Source: a virus
Taxonomy: Duplodnaviria > Caudoviricetes
IMG/VR virus record: IMGVR_UViG_3300025417_000028
Location: 1 to 53,651 of that record
Length of the DNA stretch: 53,651 nt
Reading direction: 5' to 3' (one strand)
Positions 7,608 to 18,323 of the stretch are shown in pieces; positions within the stretch are counted from its first letter, which is position 1, and each line of letters begins with the position of its first letter. The notes beneath the pieces were generated by a model. That model was not told the origin of the DNA, did not search any database, and worked only from the letters and a program-made list of their open reading frames with translations. A program made the translations under genes and the position numbers.

Positions 7608-8492
7608 ATGCGCTTCAAGCTCAAAACAAACGATAAAGTCGTTTTATGTAAAGAGTTAAATGTAAGTCTTTATAAAGATTTACTAAAGTCTACATATGGT
7701 GATGAAGTAGATTTGCCAGGCTTTCTTGATACTATCTACGATATTCTTGTTAGTTTAACTGGAGAGCCAATTTCTTTCTTTCAAGAACTATCGGTAGTTG
7801 AACTTCTTTCTTGTATATTGCAACTAAGGATTAATACTTTTGGAGATAGAACAAAGATTAATCTTACAAAAGAAGAAGCTAAAACATCTTTAGAACTTCG
7901 TATTGATTGGATCATAGAGGATCTAAACGTAATTGATAAGAGCATTATTAGTAAAACTATCGAAAACGAAAACTTTGATATACATCTTGAACCTCCAACT
8001 ACTCAACGTCTTATAGAAAAGACAGATGAAGATTATTTGTATTTTGTTGGTGGAGTAACTATAGGAGATAAACTAATATCAATTAAAACCAATACAGATG
8101 CTAAATTATTTGTTGATAAACTGCCAGCAAAGATTGCTCTTGATATAGTAAAGCATTTTGAATGTGTTGTAAAAGAATTACAAAACTTTAGCTTTCTTGA
8201 CAGATACGGAATAGTTGAACAGAATTTTACTTTCGTACCTTCAGCTGAATCAGTTCTTTGGTTTACAAAGTTAGTATTCAACGAACCATTAGATGTATTT
8301 TATGATAACTTGTTCTATTTAGCATATTTAGGACATTTGCAAAACTCATACATTGAAAGTTGTACGCCTGGTGAGTATATGTACTTTGTAAGAAAGCTAG
8401 AAGCAATTCAAGCTCAACAGAGACAAAGTGATGAAACACCTAACAACTCACAAGTAATTGGTGGAAGAGAAGAAGCAATTAATGATTTTTAG
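7608..8492 (+). CDS. baseplate hub assembly protein (gp26/gp51-like)
   Basis: LQLRINTFGD motif and C-terminal SYIESCTPGEYMYFV; context. Confidence 0.6.
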   Translation: MRFKLKTNDKVVLCKELNVSLYKDLLKSTYGDEVDLPGFLDTIYDILVSLTGEPISFFQELSVVELLSCILQLRINTFGDRTKINLTKEEAKTSLELRIDWIIEDLNVIDKSIISKTIENENFDIHLEPPTTQRLIEKTDEDYLYFVGGVTIGDKLISIKTNTDAKLFVDKLPAKIALDIVKHFECVVKELQNFSFLDRYGIVEQNFTFVPSAESVLWFTKLVFNEPLDVFYDNLFYLAYLGHLQNSYIESCTPGEYMYFVRKLEAIQAQQRQSDETPNNSQVIGGREEAINDF

Positions 8493-8526
8493 TTGAGAAA
8501 TATAAAATTTGAGAGTAAATAGAGTT

Positions 8527-9309
8527 ATGAGCGAATCTCCAAACAAAGAATTTTACGATTTATTAAACTCCGTTTCTGTTACAGAAACTTCTGACATTAC
8601 TCTTTCTGATGGAAAGGCATACAAGTTTCGTCAGCTTACAACTAATAATCTTAAAGATCTGATCAAATCGGTTGTTGATTCTCCTCTCACTCAATCAATT
8701 TTTAATAGTACTGTTGCTCGTATTATGAAAGAGTCTTATGCTGGAGAGTCTTTTGGATATGAGTTCAGTGTTATTGATCGTTTACTGTTTGTTCTTGGAA
8801 CACGAGTAGCTTCTATCTCTCCTACTATTGTTCTTACTAAAGAAGATAAGACTACAGTAACTGTTAACATTCAAGATGTTATTACTAAACTTGTTAGTAC
8901 ATTAGGAACTAACTCACAAGCTTTTGCTAACGGAAGTCTTTCATACAATACTATCTCTATCACTTATGGAGTTCCTACTATTGCTGTAGAGTCTCAACTT
9001 AATGATGAAATCTATAAGAATGCTGAACTGGATGTACAGACACCAGAACAGCTTCGAAAGCTTCTTGGAGAGACCTTTATTAACGAGATTGCAAAGTCTG
9101 TTAATAATGTCGTTGTTGGAGACAGATCTCTAGATCTCTCTACAGTAACATTTAAGTCTCGTCTAAAGACTATTGAAACTCTTCCAGCTTATCTTATTAG
9201 TAGTGTTATTCAATACATTGAACAGTATAAGAAGTTAATTGAAGATAACCTTGTTATTGAAGAAGGTTTATCTCTTCCTATTGACGGCTCTTTGTTCTCT
9301 CTACGTTAA
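8527..9309 (+). CDS. baseplate hub protein (gp26-like paralogue)
   Basis: YKFRQLT..LK, VIDRLLFVLGTRVASIS; TAAATA 5 nt before ATG 8527. Confidence 0.6.
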   Translation: MSESPNKEFYDLLNSVSVTETSDITLSDGKAYKFRQLTTNNLKDLIKSVVDSPLTQSIFNSTVARIMKESYAGESFGYEFSVIDRLLFVLGTRVASISPTIVLTKEDKTTVTVNIQDVITKLVSTLGTNSQAFANGSLSYNTISITYGVPTIAVESQLNDEIYKNAELDVQTPEQLRKLLGETFINEIAKSVNNVVVGDRSLDLSTVTFKSRLKTIETLPAYLISSVIQYIEQYKKLIEDNLVIEEGLSLPIDGSLFSLR

Positions 9310-9329
9310 TTTCATATTAAGTAATTGGC

Positions 9330-12300
9330 GTGGAGGCCAATTCCGAAATTATCGATTCAGTAGTAGAAAGAATAGTTGATCAGTTCAATATAAAAGCTGA
9401 CGATTTCGTACAGCGTCTTGCTGTATTGTTATCTAAAAACCTTAGTGATAAACTCCTCGCTAAGGTGTCTGCTGCTCCTATTCCACAAAAGACGGAAGAA
9501 AAAGCTGATACTACTAAAGTAGCTTCTGAACAGCCACGTCAGCAACCAACTGAGTCGTTAAAGAGTTATCTTACAAACATTCCTAAAATTGCTGAAGGTG
9601 TAAATAGACTTGTAGAAATAGCTGAAGCTTCAAAAGATAAAAAGCCTAGCTTTAATTTTGCTGAAGCATTTACTTTCGAGAACTTCTTTAAGACTGTTTC
9701 TCCTAGTTTTGCTAACCAATTTAAAGGTTTAACAGCAACACCTGGTTTGCTTAAAACGTTTTTTGGAGATCTTCCTAACAAGATTGAAAAGAAATTAGAA
9801 GCTATTCAAGCTTTGTTTAAATCTAAGAAGGAAGGTTCTAACATTGCTGATAGAATTAAAGAAGCTTTCAAGAAGTTGATGCCAGTTGGTACTACGACAC
9901 AAAAGCCTATTTCGTTTGAATCTATCAAAGAGGAAGCTTCAAAGAAAATTGAAGGAGCGTTTAAATTTGTTACTGATGCAGGTAAAAATGTTAAGAAGCA
10001 ACTTGCTAAAGAAATAGGCGAAGCTTTGATTCCTTTTAGACTACTAAAAGAAGAAATATTAAAGCGAATTCCTAAGTTGGAAAATCCTTTTAAGAACTTC
10101 AAGCTGCCGACTATTACTAATCCTTTTGCAAATATTAAAAAGGAAGACATTTTAAATAGATTTAAATTTGAAAATCCATTTAAAGGTTTAGACAAACTTG
10201 TATACAATAAAGTTCTTTCAGTATTTACAAGTGTACAGACTTTCAACGCAACACTTCAAGCAGACATAAAGAAAAAGTTTGATACTGTATTTTCAGCTGT
10301 TGGAATAATTGCAGGAGATATTAAAAAGAGTTTTGATAAAGGTGTTGTTTCAGCGTTTGAAATGTTCAACAATGCTCAAAGAGGACTTGCTGCTGGAATA
10401 GGTAAAGTGCTTAGTCCTTTTACTACATTATACAGAACACTCGAGAAACAAAAGCTTCCTACATTTGAAAATCCTTTTAAGAATTTCAATCCAGCAAAGA
10501 CATTTGACGACATTAAAAAGCAAATTGTAAGCAAGTTTGCATCTTCTGTTCAGTCTTTAACATCTATTGGAAGGTCTATTAAACAAGGATTTAAAGATAC
10601 AATAGCAAACGCTTTTAGTCCAGTTGGCGCATGGATTCAATCTCTTAGAAATCAAAAGCCTCTTGAAGGATTGAAGGGAATGTTTGAAGAGAAGTTAAAT
10701 TCTATAAAAAACTATTTTAATAAGCTCAAGCAACCAAAAGAAGATAAAAAGCAAGAGGTTAAAGCTGAAGTAAAAGAAAGTCCTCTTAAAGGCTTAAGAG
10801 AATTGTTTAACTCTAAGTTATCAATGATGACAGGCATCTTTCAAAGATTTCAACGCAAGTCTGAAGAAAAGAAAGATACTGCAAAGCCTGAAGCAAAAGA
10901 GAGTCCTCTTAAAGGTCTCAAAGAAATGTTTGATTCTAAGTTGTCAATGATGACTGGAATCTTTAATAGATTTAAACGTAAAGCTGAAGATACCGATACC
11001 AAGAAAGACAAAGAACCAAAAGAGAAAAAGAGTTTTGGTGAAATGCTTAAAGGTCCGTTTGAATTCTTAGCCAAGAAGCTTGAAGAAGCAAACAAGCGTA
11101 ATGCAGAAAGCGAGCCTGAAAGAGAGAAGAAAGAAGAAAGAGACAAAGAAGCTCAAATCGCAGCTAAACCTACTTCTTTCATTGAAACTAAAAACGATAA
11201 AAGTCAGCTTGTAAAGTTTGATGGGTTTACTCAACACGGTTTTGAAGAAATTCAAAAACATCTTCCTGAAATTCTTAAGAAGAGTTTAGCTGATGCTTTA
11301 AAAGGTAGTGGAGATAAATCTGATGAAGGTATGGTTGGACCTGGTTTAACATCATTGTTTAAATTTCTCAAAGGTCCTGCTTTAAGATCAGCTTTGAAAA
11401 CGGGTTTAAGATTTCTTCAAAGTTTTGCTGGTATAGCTGCTCTCTTATATGGTCTTGAAACAGACGGACCTTTCAAAGGTGCCGCAAAAATTATATCTAA
11501 AGTTCTTCTTACTGGTGAAAGCTGGTTTGGAAAAGTTGTAGAAAAGTATGGTGTAAAAATTGTAGACGGTCTTATTGGTATACCAAGAAAGCTTATTAAG
11601 AGTTTTGGTAAAATTATTGGCGGCATCTTTGGAAAACAAGCTGGAAAAGAAACTCTTAAAGTAGGAGCTAAATTGCTGAGAGGCACTTTTGGAAGAGTCG
11701 TTGGAGGTTTATTAAAATCTCTAGAAGGTGTTCCGTTTGTGGGATCTCTGATTAGTATAGGTTTTGCTGTTTCTCGCTTTATGCAGGGAGATATTGTTGG
11801 TGGAGGACTTGAAATAATATCTGCAATCGTTAGTGCACTTCCAATTCCAGGAGCTTCTTTCATATCATATGCAATCGACGGTTTAAATGCTTTCCTTGAC
11901 TATAAGGCAGGCGGTACTCCTTCTGGTGGTGGCAAGAGTAAAGGTGGAATGATATTAGGTTGGGTTAAAGATTTAGGCAAATGGTTATCAAAGAAATTTA
12001 CGGATAATGTCAGAAAGATGCCTATTATCGGTCCTCTCTTTAAGGCATTTGACGAATTTAAAGCAGGTCGTTGGATGAAAGGTCTCAAGCAATTAATGTA
12101 TGTAAATCCTTTGTTTGATATTATTGGAGAAATACTAGGAGATACGGAATCAACTGGCCTCGTAAAACAAGGTAAACAAAACGCATTCAAGCTTGGAGAT
12201 ATGTTCAAACACCTCACTGATTCTATATTCTCTAAAGTAAAAGAATGGTGGAAGAGTTTAAATTCTGGCATCAAATATGTCTTTAGTAAAATTCTACCTA

Positions 12301-12932
12301 AAGATTTAACTACTACTCTTGATAGCGAAAATACTAAACAAGACGATGCAAATTCTACAGTAACACCTAAAGCCGAAGCGAAAGCTGCTGCTCCTACTGG
12401 AGCTCTCACAACAGCTAAGCTAAATGATGCTGCAAAGCCAGAAACTGCACCTGAAGATGCAGCTAAAGACGAAAATGCTACACCTTCAACTGTTGAAGGA
12501 GACAATGCTCAAAGTCCGTCTGTAGAACAAACTGCTCAGCCTGAAGTTGAATCAGACGAGAGTACACCAGTAGCAAGTGTAGCACCAGCAGAATCTGAAG
12601 CACCTGCTGTGACTCCACAAGCAGTTGGAACGTCCGATGAGTCTATCAAATATCTTGATAAGATTGCACAAAACTCTGATACTCAAACAACAAATATAAA
12701 CAACCTTGTAACAGGGTTTAATAGACTAGCAAAAGCTTTAGAAGTACTTGGTGTATCCGCAGCTGGCAACAAAGGGGATACAACCGTTATAAACAACCAA
12801 AGTAATGGAGGTTTGTCTATAACTTCATCAGATGCAGCAAATATGGGAGATTCGAGTATAAGAGACTTTAGATCTTTTATGGCAAACTCTTATTTAGCAC
12901 CTGCTACAATGAATACCGGTCTTTTACGATAA
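9330..12932 (+). CDS. probable tape-measure protein
   Basis: 1200 aa, helical and Lys-rich, with Gly-rich hydrophobic segments (VPFVGSLISIGFAVSRF..GDIVGG); located among baseplate genes. Confidence 0.7.
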   Translation: MEANSEIIDSVVERIVDQFNIKADDFVQRLAVLLSKNLSDKLLAKVSAAPIPQKTEEKADTTKVASEQPRQQPTESLKSYLTNIPKIAEGVNRLVEIAEASKDKKPSFNFAEAFTFENFFKTVSPSFANQFKGLTATPGLLKTFFGDLPNKIEKKLEAIQALFKSKKEGSNIADRIKEAFKKLMPVGTTTQKPISFESIKEEASKKIEGAFKFVTDAGKNVKKQLAKEIGEALIPFRLLKEEILKRIPKLENPFKNFKLPTITNPFANIKKEDILNRFKFENPFKGLDKLVYNKVLSVFTSVQTFNATLQADIKKKFDTVFSAVGIIAGDIKKSFDKGVVSAFEMFNNAQRGLAAGIGKVLSPFTTLYRTLEKQKLPTFENPFKNFNPAKTFDDIKKQIVSKFASSVQSLTSIGRSIKQGFKDTIANAFSPVGAWIQSLRNQKPLEGLKGMFEEKLNSIKNYFNKLKQPKEDKKQEVKAEVKESPLKGLRELFNSKLSMMTGIFQRFQRKSEEKKDTAKPEAKESPLKGLKEMFDSKLSMMTGIFNRFKRKAEDTDTKKDKEPKEKKSFGEMLKGPFEFLAKKLEEANKRNAESEPEREKKEERDKEAQIAAKPTSFIETKNDKSQLVKFDGFTQHGFEEIQKHLPEILKKSLADALKGSGDKSDEGMVGPGLTSLFKFLKGPALRSALKTGLRFLQSFAGIAALLYGLETDGPFKGAAKIISKVLLTGESWFGKVVEKYGVKIVDGLIGIPRKLIKSFGKIIGGIFGKQAGKETLKVGAKLLRGTFGRVVGGLLKSLEGVPFVGSLISIGFAVSRFMQGDIVGGGLEIISAIVSALPIPGASFISYAIDGLNAFLDYKAGGTPSGGGKSKGGMILGWVKDLGKWLSKKFTDNVRKMPIIGPLFKAFDEFKAGRWMKGLKQLMYVNPLFDIIGEILGDTESTGLVKQGKQNAFKLGDMFKHLTDSIFSKVKEWWKSLNSGIKYVFSKILPKDLTTTLDSENTKQDDANSTVTPKAEAKAAAPTGALTTAKLNDAAKPETAPEDAAKDENATPSTVEGDNAQSPSVEQTAQPEVESDESTPVASVAPAESEAPAVTPQAVGTSDESIKYLDKIAQNSDTQTTNINNLVTGFNRLAKALEVLGVSAAGNKGDTTVINNQSNGGLSITSSDAANMGDSSIRDFRSFMANSYLAPATMNTGLLR
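10654..10973 (+). repeat. three ~41-aa tandem units in the tape measure (ESPLKGLxEMFxxKLSMMTGIF)
   Basis: 10773-10850 closely matches 10896-10973 at DNA level; an earlier degenerate copy is present. Confidence 0.8.
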
Positions 12933-12956
12933 ACCTTTTAAATAATATATAACACT

Positions 12957-14009
12957 ATGGCTGAACCTCAAGGACAATCCCATTATTTTACACAAGAAAA
13001 AGCTCAGGCTTCAAAATCTTCACCTAATAGTTCTGCTCGAATTGGAAGTGTTGGAGGTCATAAAGCTACGCCAATGGGTGGTATTGCTGAAAATCAAGGA
13101 AGTCTTCCTAACGTTTTTGATAGTGCTCAAAGTCCACAAGGTGTTGATGTTGTTGAAAAGTTTCCGTGGACTCTTTCAAAAGTTGATAATAGAGATGACG
13201 TTCCTTATATTATTTTAAAAGAACAAAGAACTGACGAAAGTACCTTACGTAGAAATATAAGTTTTTATGCTCAGGGGTATAAAGACTTGGTAAAAAACTT
13301 AGGTAGTGCCCCTACTAAAAGTATGCTTCAAGTGTATGATGACATCTGGCCAGATAATCCAACAGGCTGGACTTATAGACTTCCATACTTTTCTAAATCT
13401 CAATTTGAATTGAGTACGCCTCAATGGCAAAAAGTTGACGGAATTGGTGAAGGTTTAAAATCTGTTATGGGTGGTCTATCTCGTGCAGGAAAAGGAATAG
13501 GAGGAAGGGTAGGAAATGTTGTTTCAACTATTGCTAGCGGTGCTGTTGCAGCTGGTACTTTAGCAGCAGATGCTGGAGGAATGGCATTAAAGCTTTCATC
13601 TCCAGTAGTTGGAGCTGTAGATAGACCTAGTCAATTTAAAGAACACAGTGACAGATCAATTACAATTGAGTTTCCTCTTTATAATACTATAAAACCTCAA
13701 GACTGGACAAAGAATAGAGACTTCTGGTATATCTTTGCAAGTCAAAATCTTTTCCTCAAAAGAGACTTTGTTACTGGAATGCCTCCTGTATATTATAGAA
13801 TTTATATTCCTGGTCAATATTATTGTCATGCTGCTTGTGTAACTAAGTTTGAAGTAACAAATTTAGGTAACATACGTGCTTATGAAAATTATCTCGTGCC
13901 AGATGCTTATCAAATTAGCATTACACTACAAGAAATGGTAATGCCTAGTTTAAACCAATTTCAAGCAGTACTTACTGGACAGGCAGCTGGTAGAGTTACC
14001 GTAAAATAA
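12957..14009 (+). CDS. baseplate/tail-tube associated protein (gp48-like)
   Basis: RSITIEFPLYNT...PPVYYRIYIPG...ACVTKFEV...PDAYQISITLQE tube-fold pattern. Confidence 0.55.
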   Translation: MAEPQGQSHYFTQEKAQASKSSPNSSARIGSVGGHKATPMGGIAENQGSLPNVFDSAQSPQGVDVVEKFPWTLSKVDNRDDVPYIILKEQRTDESTLRRNISFYAQGYKDLVKNLGSAPTKSMLQVYDDIWPDNPTGWTYRLPYFSKSQFELSTPQWQKVDGIGEGLKSVMGGLSRAGKGIGGRVGNVVSTIASGAVAAGTLAADAGGMALKLSSPVVGAVDRPSQFKEHSDRSITIEFPLYNTIKPQDWTKNRDFWYIFASQNLFLKRDFVTGMPPVYYRIYIPGQYYCHAACVTKFEVTNLGNIRAYENYLVPDAYQISITLQEMVMPSLNQFQAVLTGQAAGRVTVK

Positions 14010-14025
14010 CAAACTATTTTCACTA

Positions 14026-14373
14026 ATGAAACAAAATCAAATATCAGCACTACCTAAGCTTACACTAGAAAATATGGAAACTATTTTCAATGTTTATACT
14101 GATGCTGATGGTATGTATTATTACAATCTACTTCAAACGATTTCATTTCCATCTAATCTTCCTTCAACCTTTTTTAAAAATTACACAGTCGAGTATCAGG
14201 ATACATGGCCATATATTTCATATAAAGCATACAGTACTCCAAATCTTTGGTGGATAATACTTCTTGCTAACAATATTCAAGATCCTACAGCTGATATAGT
14301 TCCAGGAACAAGTATCAACATTCCTACAATAGACATCGTAAGAGAAGTTTTAACGCAAATAAACAAGCAATAA
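14026..14373 (+). CDS. gp53: baseplate wedge protein, LysM-like (T4 gp53)
   Basis: YTVEYQDTWPYISYKAYSTPNLWWIILLANNIQDP. Confidence 0.8.
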   Translation: MKQNQISALPKLTLENMETIFNVYTDADGMYYYNLLQTISFPSNLPSTFFKNYTVEYQDTWPYISYKAYSTPNLWWIILLANNIQDPTADIVPGTSINIPTIDIVREVLTQINKQ

Positions 14374-14374
14374 T

Positions 14375-16207
14375 ATGTTCGACTTTAATGCTCTTGCAAA
14401 CAGTCCTTTCAATGATACGATTTCAGGTTCTACAAAGGGACAATCTATTGCTGATCTTATAGCAAATACAGAAAGTGAACAAGCTCAAAACTTTGGAGGG
14501 ACATTTGCTTCAGGTAGATATTTTCAACAAAAATACAATGAATTATTTTACGATGTCGATTTGTATTTAGATAATAGTGGAGTATTACCAAACGATGATA
14601 ACACGAAGAGATATTTTATTAATCCTTCTGCAGTTTTAAACTTAAACATATCAGATACTGTCAACGACTGGGTTGCAGATGGTAGCATTTCTATTATGTA
14701 TTTGCCTGAAAATGCTCCAAAGTTTGAAGCAACAAAGACTGGCAATCCAGCTGATACTATTACAAGCGCAGCAGCACAAAACGGAGTAGCTTTGAATAGC
14801 TATCAATTCAGAGGAGATGGTTATGATTTGTTGAGAGTCGGCATGGTTCCAAAAACGGCTAGTACAGCTGGTGGAAATAAAAGCGCAACCGAAGGACAAA
14901 TAAATGTTAATCCTAACGATCCGAAATGGTATTTGTCGTATCTATTTTCAATATACGAAGTAGAAGATTTTACAGGTAAAGTACCAGGCATAACTGGACC
15001 TTTGTCGTCATACATGAAGTGTGTCAAGATGTACTTCAGAGATGTAAGATATCAAATCTTGCGTACTACAAATCTTGAATACTCTACTGCTTTGAGTAAG
15101 AGTGCTGTAGTAGATGAATCTTTAGATAATGGTTATAATGGAGCTTCTGGTACTCCAAGAGTGTTGTTTACTGGAGAAGCACTCAACGAAGTGTTCAACA
15201 AAGGTTTAGCAGACTCAACTCTTAAAACAGGTTGTCCAAAGTTTGCTGTATCAAACAGTCCAGATACGTGGGACAAAGGAGCAAGTAAAATCTTTTACAC
15301 ATCTCCAGCTGACTGGAATGCAAACGATGATGTACAGTATATCTATTCTCACCATGTTGGATCTACTACAATAGGTCAAGGAATAAATGATTTGTGTTTG
15401 CTTCATACAAACAGAGCTTTAACATCTGGAGATGTCGAACAAATCTGCCTTACTCCTCTTTCTAAATTCTTTGAAAAAGCTGGAAATGATAAATCTTCTC
15501 CTGGACCTTTACAGCTTGAACACTTTTTTACTACTTCACAAACTGACGAAAAACCTCCAGCCACTAGTATGATGTATAAAGCTCCTTTTTCGCAGAACAC
15601 AAACAATGATGCGGTTGATTTAAAAACAGCTAAATACGGTCAAATTGTTAGTTTTAGTTTTGTTGATATGTCTGCAGATATCAACAGTACAGCTTTAGTT
15701 ACTTCCCCTGTATATTCAGTTAATATTGGTACCAGAACGTTTAATGCTCAGTTTACTAACAATGATGTCGTTACAGCTAAAAACACGATTGCTACAGCGT
15801 ATATTGATCATTTATATAAAACAGGAGATTCTAAGCAATTGTTTCTTCCTACACTACACAGTACAAAAAAATCATTAAATCTATTTCCTGTATTTTCTTT
15901 AAACGGAGATAGTCCTTTGACTAGACAAAAAAATGGTATACTAAATCTTATTAATACTGGTGTGTTTCAAAATGCATGTATATGCTTTAAGACTCTTGGA
16001 CTTTCTTTAAGAAAGTCTGGAACATTCATCGGTATTGATAAAGCTGGTGGTTCCGAAGACAACGATTTTAATAATAAACTATACGGACAATACTTTGTCG
16101 TTAAAGTAGACCACATATTTGAAGCAGGAGCATATGTTAATCAAATCTATGCTATCAAGCTTCATAGATTCTCAGCTCCTTCCGTAGCGTTTGGTTCAAC
16201 GTTGTAA
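14375..16207 (+). CDS. baseplate hub protein (gp27-like)
   Basis: C-terminal G..IGID...LYGQYFVVKVDHIF..YVNQIYAIK. Confidence 0.6.
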   Translation: MFDFNALANSPFNDTISGSTKGQSIADLIANTESEQAQNFGGTFASGRYFQQKYNELFYDVDLYLDNSGVLPNDDNTKRYFINPSAVLNLNISDTVNDWVADGSISIMYLPENAPKFEATKTGNPADTITSAAAQNGVALNSYQFRGDGYDLLRVGMVPKTASTAGGNKSATEGQINVNPNDPKWYLSYLFSIYEVEDFTGKVPGITGPLSSYMKCVKMYFRDVRYQILRTTNLEYSTALSKSAVVDESLDNGYNGASGTPRVLFTGEALNEVFNKGLADSTLKTGCPKFAVSNSPDTWDKGASKIFYTSPADWNANDDVQYIYSHHVGSTTIGQGINDLCLLHTNRALTSGDVEQICLTPLSKFFEKAGNDKSSPGPLQLEHFFTTSQTDEKPPATSMMYKAPFSQNTNNDAVDLKTAKYGQIVSFSFVDMSADINSTALVTSPVYSVNIGTRTFNAQFTNNDVVTAKNTIATAYIDHLYKTGDSKQLFLPTLHSTKKSLNLFPVFSLNGDSPLTRQKNGILNLINTGVFQNACICFKTLGLSLRKSGTFIGIDKAGGSEDNDFNNKLYGQYFVVKVDHIFEAGAYVNQIYAIKLHRFSAPSVAFGSTL

Positions 16208-17131
16208 AATAGCCCTTGAAAGCTTAAGTATTACTGCAAAACAACCAATTTCTTTATCGACGATTATGCTGTCTTGATATAATCCTTCAGCAATCACCAG
16301 TAGAGAGTTTGTCTTACAATCGTGAGCAATATCAGATTTAAATACTGCCTCGAATATCTCCTTCAAGAGATTTCGATAGTCATTAGAAAACTGCTTTTCG
16401 TTTTCAATGATATACTTTCTTATTGTCATAAGATCCTTGTTTTCTATTATGTCTTTGAGAATACTTTCTGCAAATTCTGTAGAGACTTCATTTCTAATCT
16501 GAAGAGTACCAGTTACAGAGTACTTTTGTACATCGTTCACTATACGACGAAGATCGGGTAAATTTTTACGAATATGTTCAAGCAACAATGGTTTTTGTTC
16601 CTGAGGTATTGTTACTTCTTCTTTCTTGAGGATTTCGACTACACGCTGCACAACCCCTTCGATGGGGGGAATAAGGTTGACTATCTGGCAACGAGACTGA
16701 AGAGGAGGAATAACCTTAAAAAGGTAGTTGCACGTAAGTATGAAACGGGTGTTTGAAGCAAACTCTTCCATTACATTTCTCAAAGCCTTCTGACCTTCAA
16801 GTGTGAGAGCATCAGCTTCATCAAGAAGAATGACTTTAATCTTTCCATCAAAAGACTTTGTCTTAGCAAAGCCCATGATCTTTCCTCTCACGGAATCAAT
16901 ACCATTCTCATCTGATGCGTTAATGTATAGATACTGACAATCTAAACTCTTGTTAACAAGAATCTTTGCAAGAGAAGTCTTGCCAGTACCTTGAATGCCA
17001 GCAAACAAGAGATGAGGAATCTCTTGCTTACTCTGCAACGACTCAAATAGTTCTCTATCTTCCTTAGAAAGGACTATAGTATCTAAACTATTAGGACGAT
17101 ACTTTTCGCACCATAGATGATTAAAATCCAT
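16196..17131 (-). CDS. gp44: clamp loader AAA+ subunit (T4 gp44 / RFC small)
   Basis: WCEKYRP, GIQGTGKTS, INASDENGID, LLDEAD, LQSRC. Confidence 0.95.
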   Translation of the reverse strand: MDFNHLWCEKYRPNSLDTIVLSKEDRELFESLQSKQEIPHLLFAGIQGTGKTSLAKILVNKSLDCQYLYINASDENGIDSVRGKIMGFAKTKSFDGKIKVILLDEADALTLEGQKALRNVMEEFASNTRFILTCNYLFKVIPPLQSRCQIVNLIPPIEGVVQRVVEILKKEEVTIPQEQKPLLLEHIRKNLPDLRRIVNDVQKYSVTGTLQIRNEVSTEFAESILKDIIENKDLMTIRKYIIENEKQFSNDYRNLLKEIFEAVFKSDIAHDCKTNSLLVIAEGLYQDSIIVDKEIGCFAVILKLSRAILQR

Positions 17132-17610
17132 TATTGCTTTCCACTAGAACCAAATCCACCTTCGCCACGTGCATCGACAGCCTCTTCAACTTCATTTGCA
17201 AAAGAGATCTCAGTATGATAGATCTTTTCAATCTTAAACTGAGTGACCTTATCTCCTACTTCAAACGTGTAGTCCTTATCAGAGAAGTTGAGAAGCTTAA
17301 CTCCCACATCCCCTCTATAGCCATTATCCATCTCTCCAGCAACTCGTTGAAGAAGATGCTTAAATGAGAGACCAGACTTGTTCTTAGTAGCAAAGCCAAA
17401 TCCTGGAGTAATATAAGCCACAGTCAAACCTACAGGAATGAGAGCCTGACCTACTTTAAAAACTCCATCTACAACCTTTGAAGCTGGAACTACTGTTCGT
17501 TCGCAGCAATGAAGATCATAACAATTATCTCCTGCATGAGCTTTTGTTGGAAGCTTAGCATCAGGATGAGTCTTTACAAATTTAATTTTAACTAGTTCGT
17601 CGAATTGCAT
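17131..17610 (-). CDS. dut: trimeric dUTPase-family protein with atypical motifs
   Basis: five motifs recognisable: CYDL, KSGL, GEMDNGYRG, GDKVTQ, RGEGGFGSSG. Confidence 0.85.
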   Translation of the reverse strand: MQFDELVKIKFVKTHPDAKLPTKAHAGDNCYDLHCCERTVVPASKVVDGVFKVGQALIPVGLTVAYITPGFGFATKNKSGLSFKHLLQRVAGEMDNGYRGDVGVKLLNFSDKDYTFEVGDKVTQFKIEKIYHTEISFANEVEEAVDARGEGGFGSSGKQ

Positions 17611-17611
17611 A

Positions 17612-17791
17612 TTAAAACTCTCTCCCTTTGTCTTCTGAAATCAACTGGCGGATGTGAGGATTTGATGTTTGCTCTCTCACAACGTTTTGACCAACTAAGG
17701 CAGCATTTTGCTGAAGCCATGACACAAGAGCTGCTTCTTTTTCATTCGGAACAACAAAGGTTCCACTACTTGTTTGCACTATAATAGACAT
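17612..17791 (-). CDS. small hypothetical protein (MSIIVQ...)
   Basis: start likely ATG 17791, 7 nt after TTGATC-16-TAAGTT. Confidence 0.6.
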   Translation of the reverse strand: MSIIVQTSSGTFVVPNEKEAALVSWLQQNAALVGQNVVREQTSNPHIRQLISEDKGREF

Positions 17792-17845
17792 ATAGAAGAA
17801 CTTACTACAGTGCACAAAAAGATCAACAAGGCTTAATTACTTTAA

Positions 17846-18313
17846 ATGAGTGATGATATTAGTACACTGATAGACGAGCTGTCTTCGTTTAAGCTTCCTG
17901 CACCAAACACTGATAGAGCTAGATTTCAAGAAGATGAATTGACAGAAGATTCTTTAAAGCAATACGTTCTTAAACAATCAAAGGCTCTTATTGATGTCGG
18001 TGTTGGTACTGCTCAGGATATGTCATCGTATGTAGTTCAAAATCAAAATCCTGATGATGTTGCTGCACTTGCTGAAGTCATGTCAGCAACTTCAAAGCTT
18101 ATTGATACTCTACACAAATCCACTCTCATAGACAAGAAGGCAGATAGAGATGAAAAGATGAAAAGGATGGACATTGAAGCTAAAAAGGAAATAGCTCAAC
18201 TTAAAGGAAGCAATAGTGTCACAAACAATATGAATGTTTTAGTAGCCTCAAGAGAAGATATTATGAAGAAACTATTCGGCAATTCTGACGTTATAGAGAT
18301 AGAAAATGCTTAA
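17846..18313 (+). CDS. terminase small subunit-like protein (T4 gp16-type)
   Basis: helical core PDDVAALAEVM..LIDTL and C-terminal TNNMNVLVASREDIMKKL. Confidence 0.5.
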   Translation: MSDDISTLIDELSSFKLPAPNTDRARFQEDELTEDSLKQYVLKQSKALIDVGVGTAQDMSSYVVQNQNPDDVAALAEVMSATSKLIDTLHKSTLIDKKADRDEKMKRMDIEAKKEIAQLKGSNSVTNNMNVLVASREDIMKKLFGNSDVIEIENA

Positions 18314-18323
18314 ATAATAGATT

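Noticed and set aside
9566-12505. Several minus-strand ORFs inside the tape measure
   Set aside because: Antisense shadows of a Lys/Glu-rich gene.
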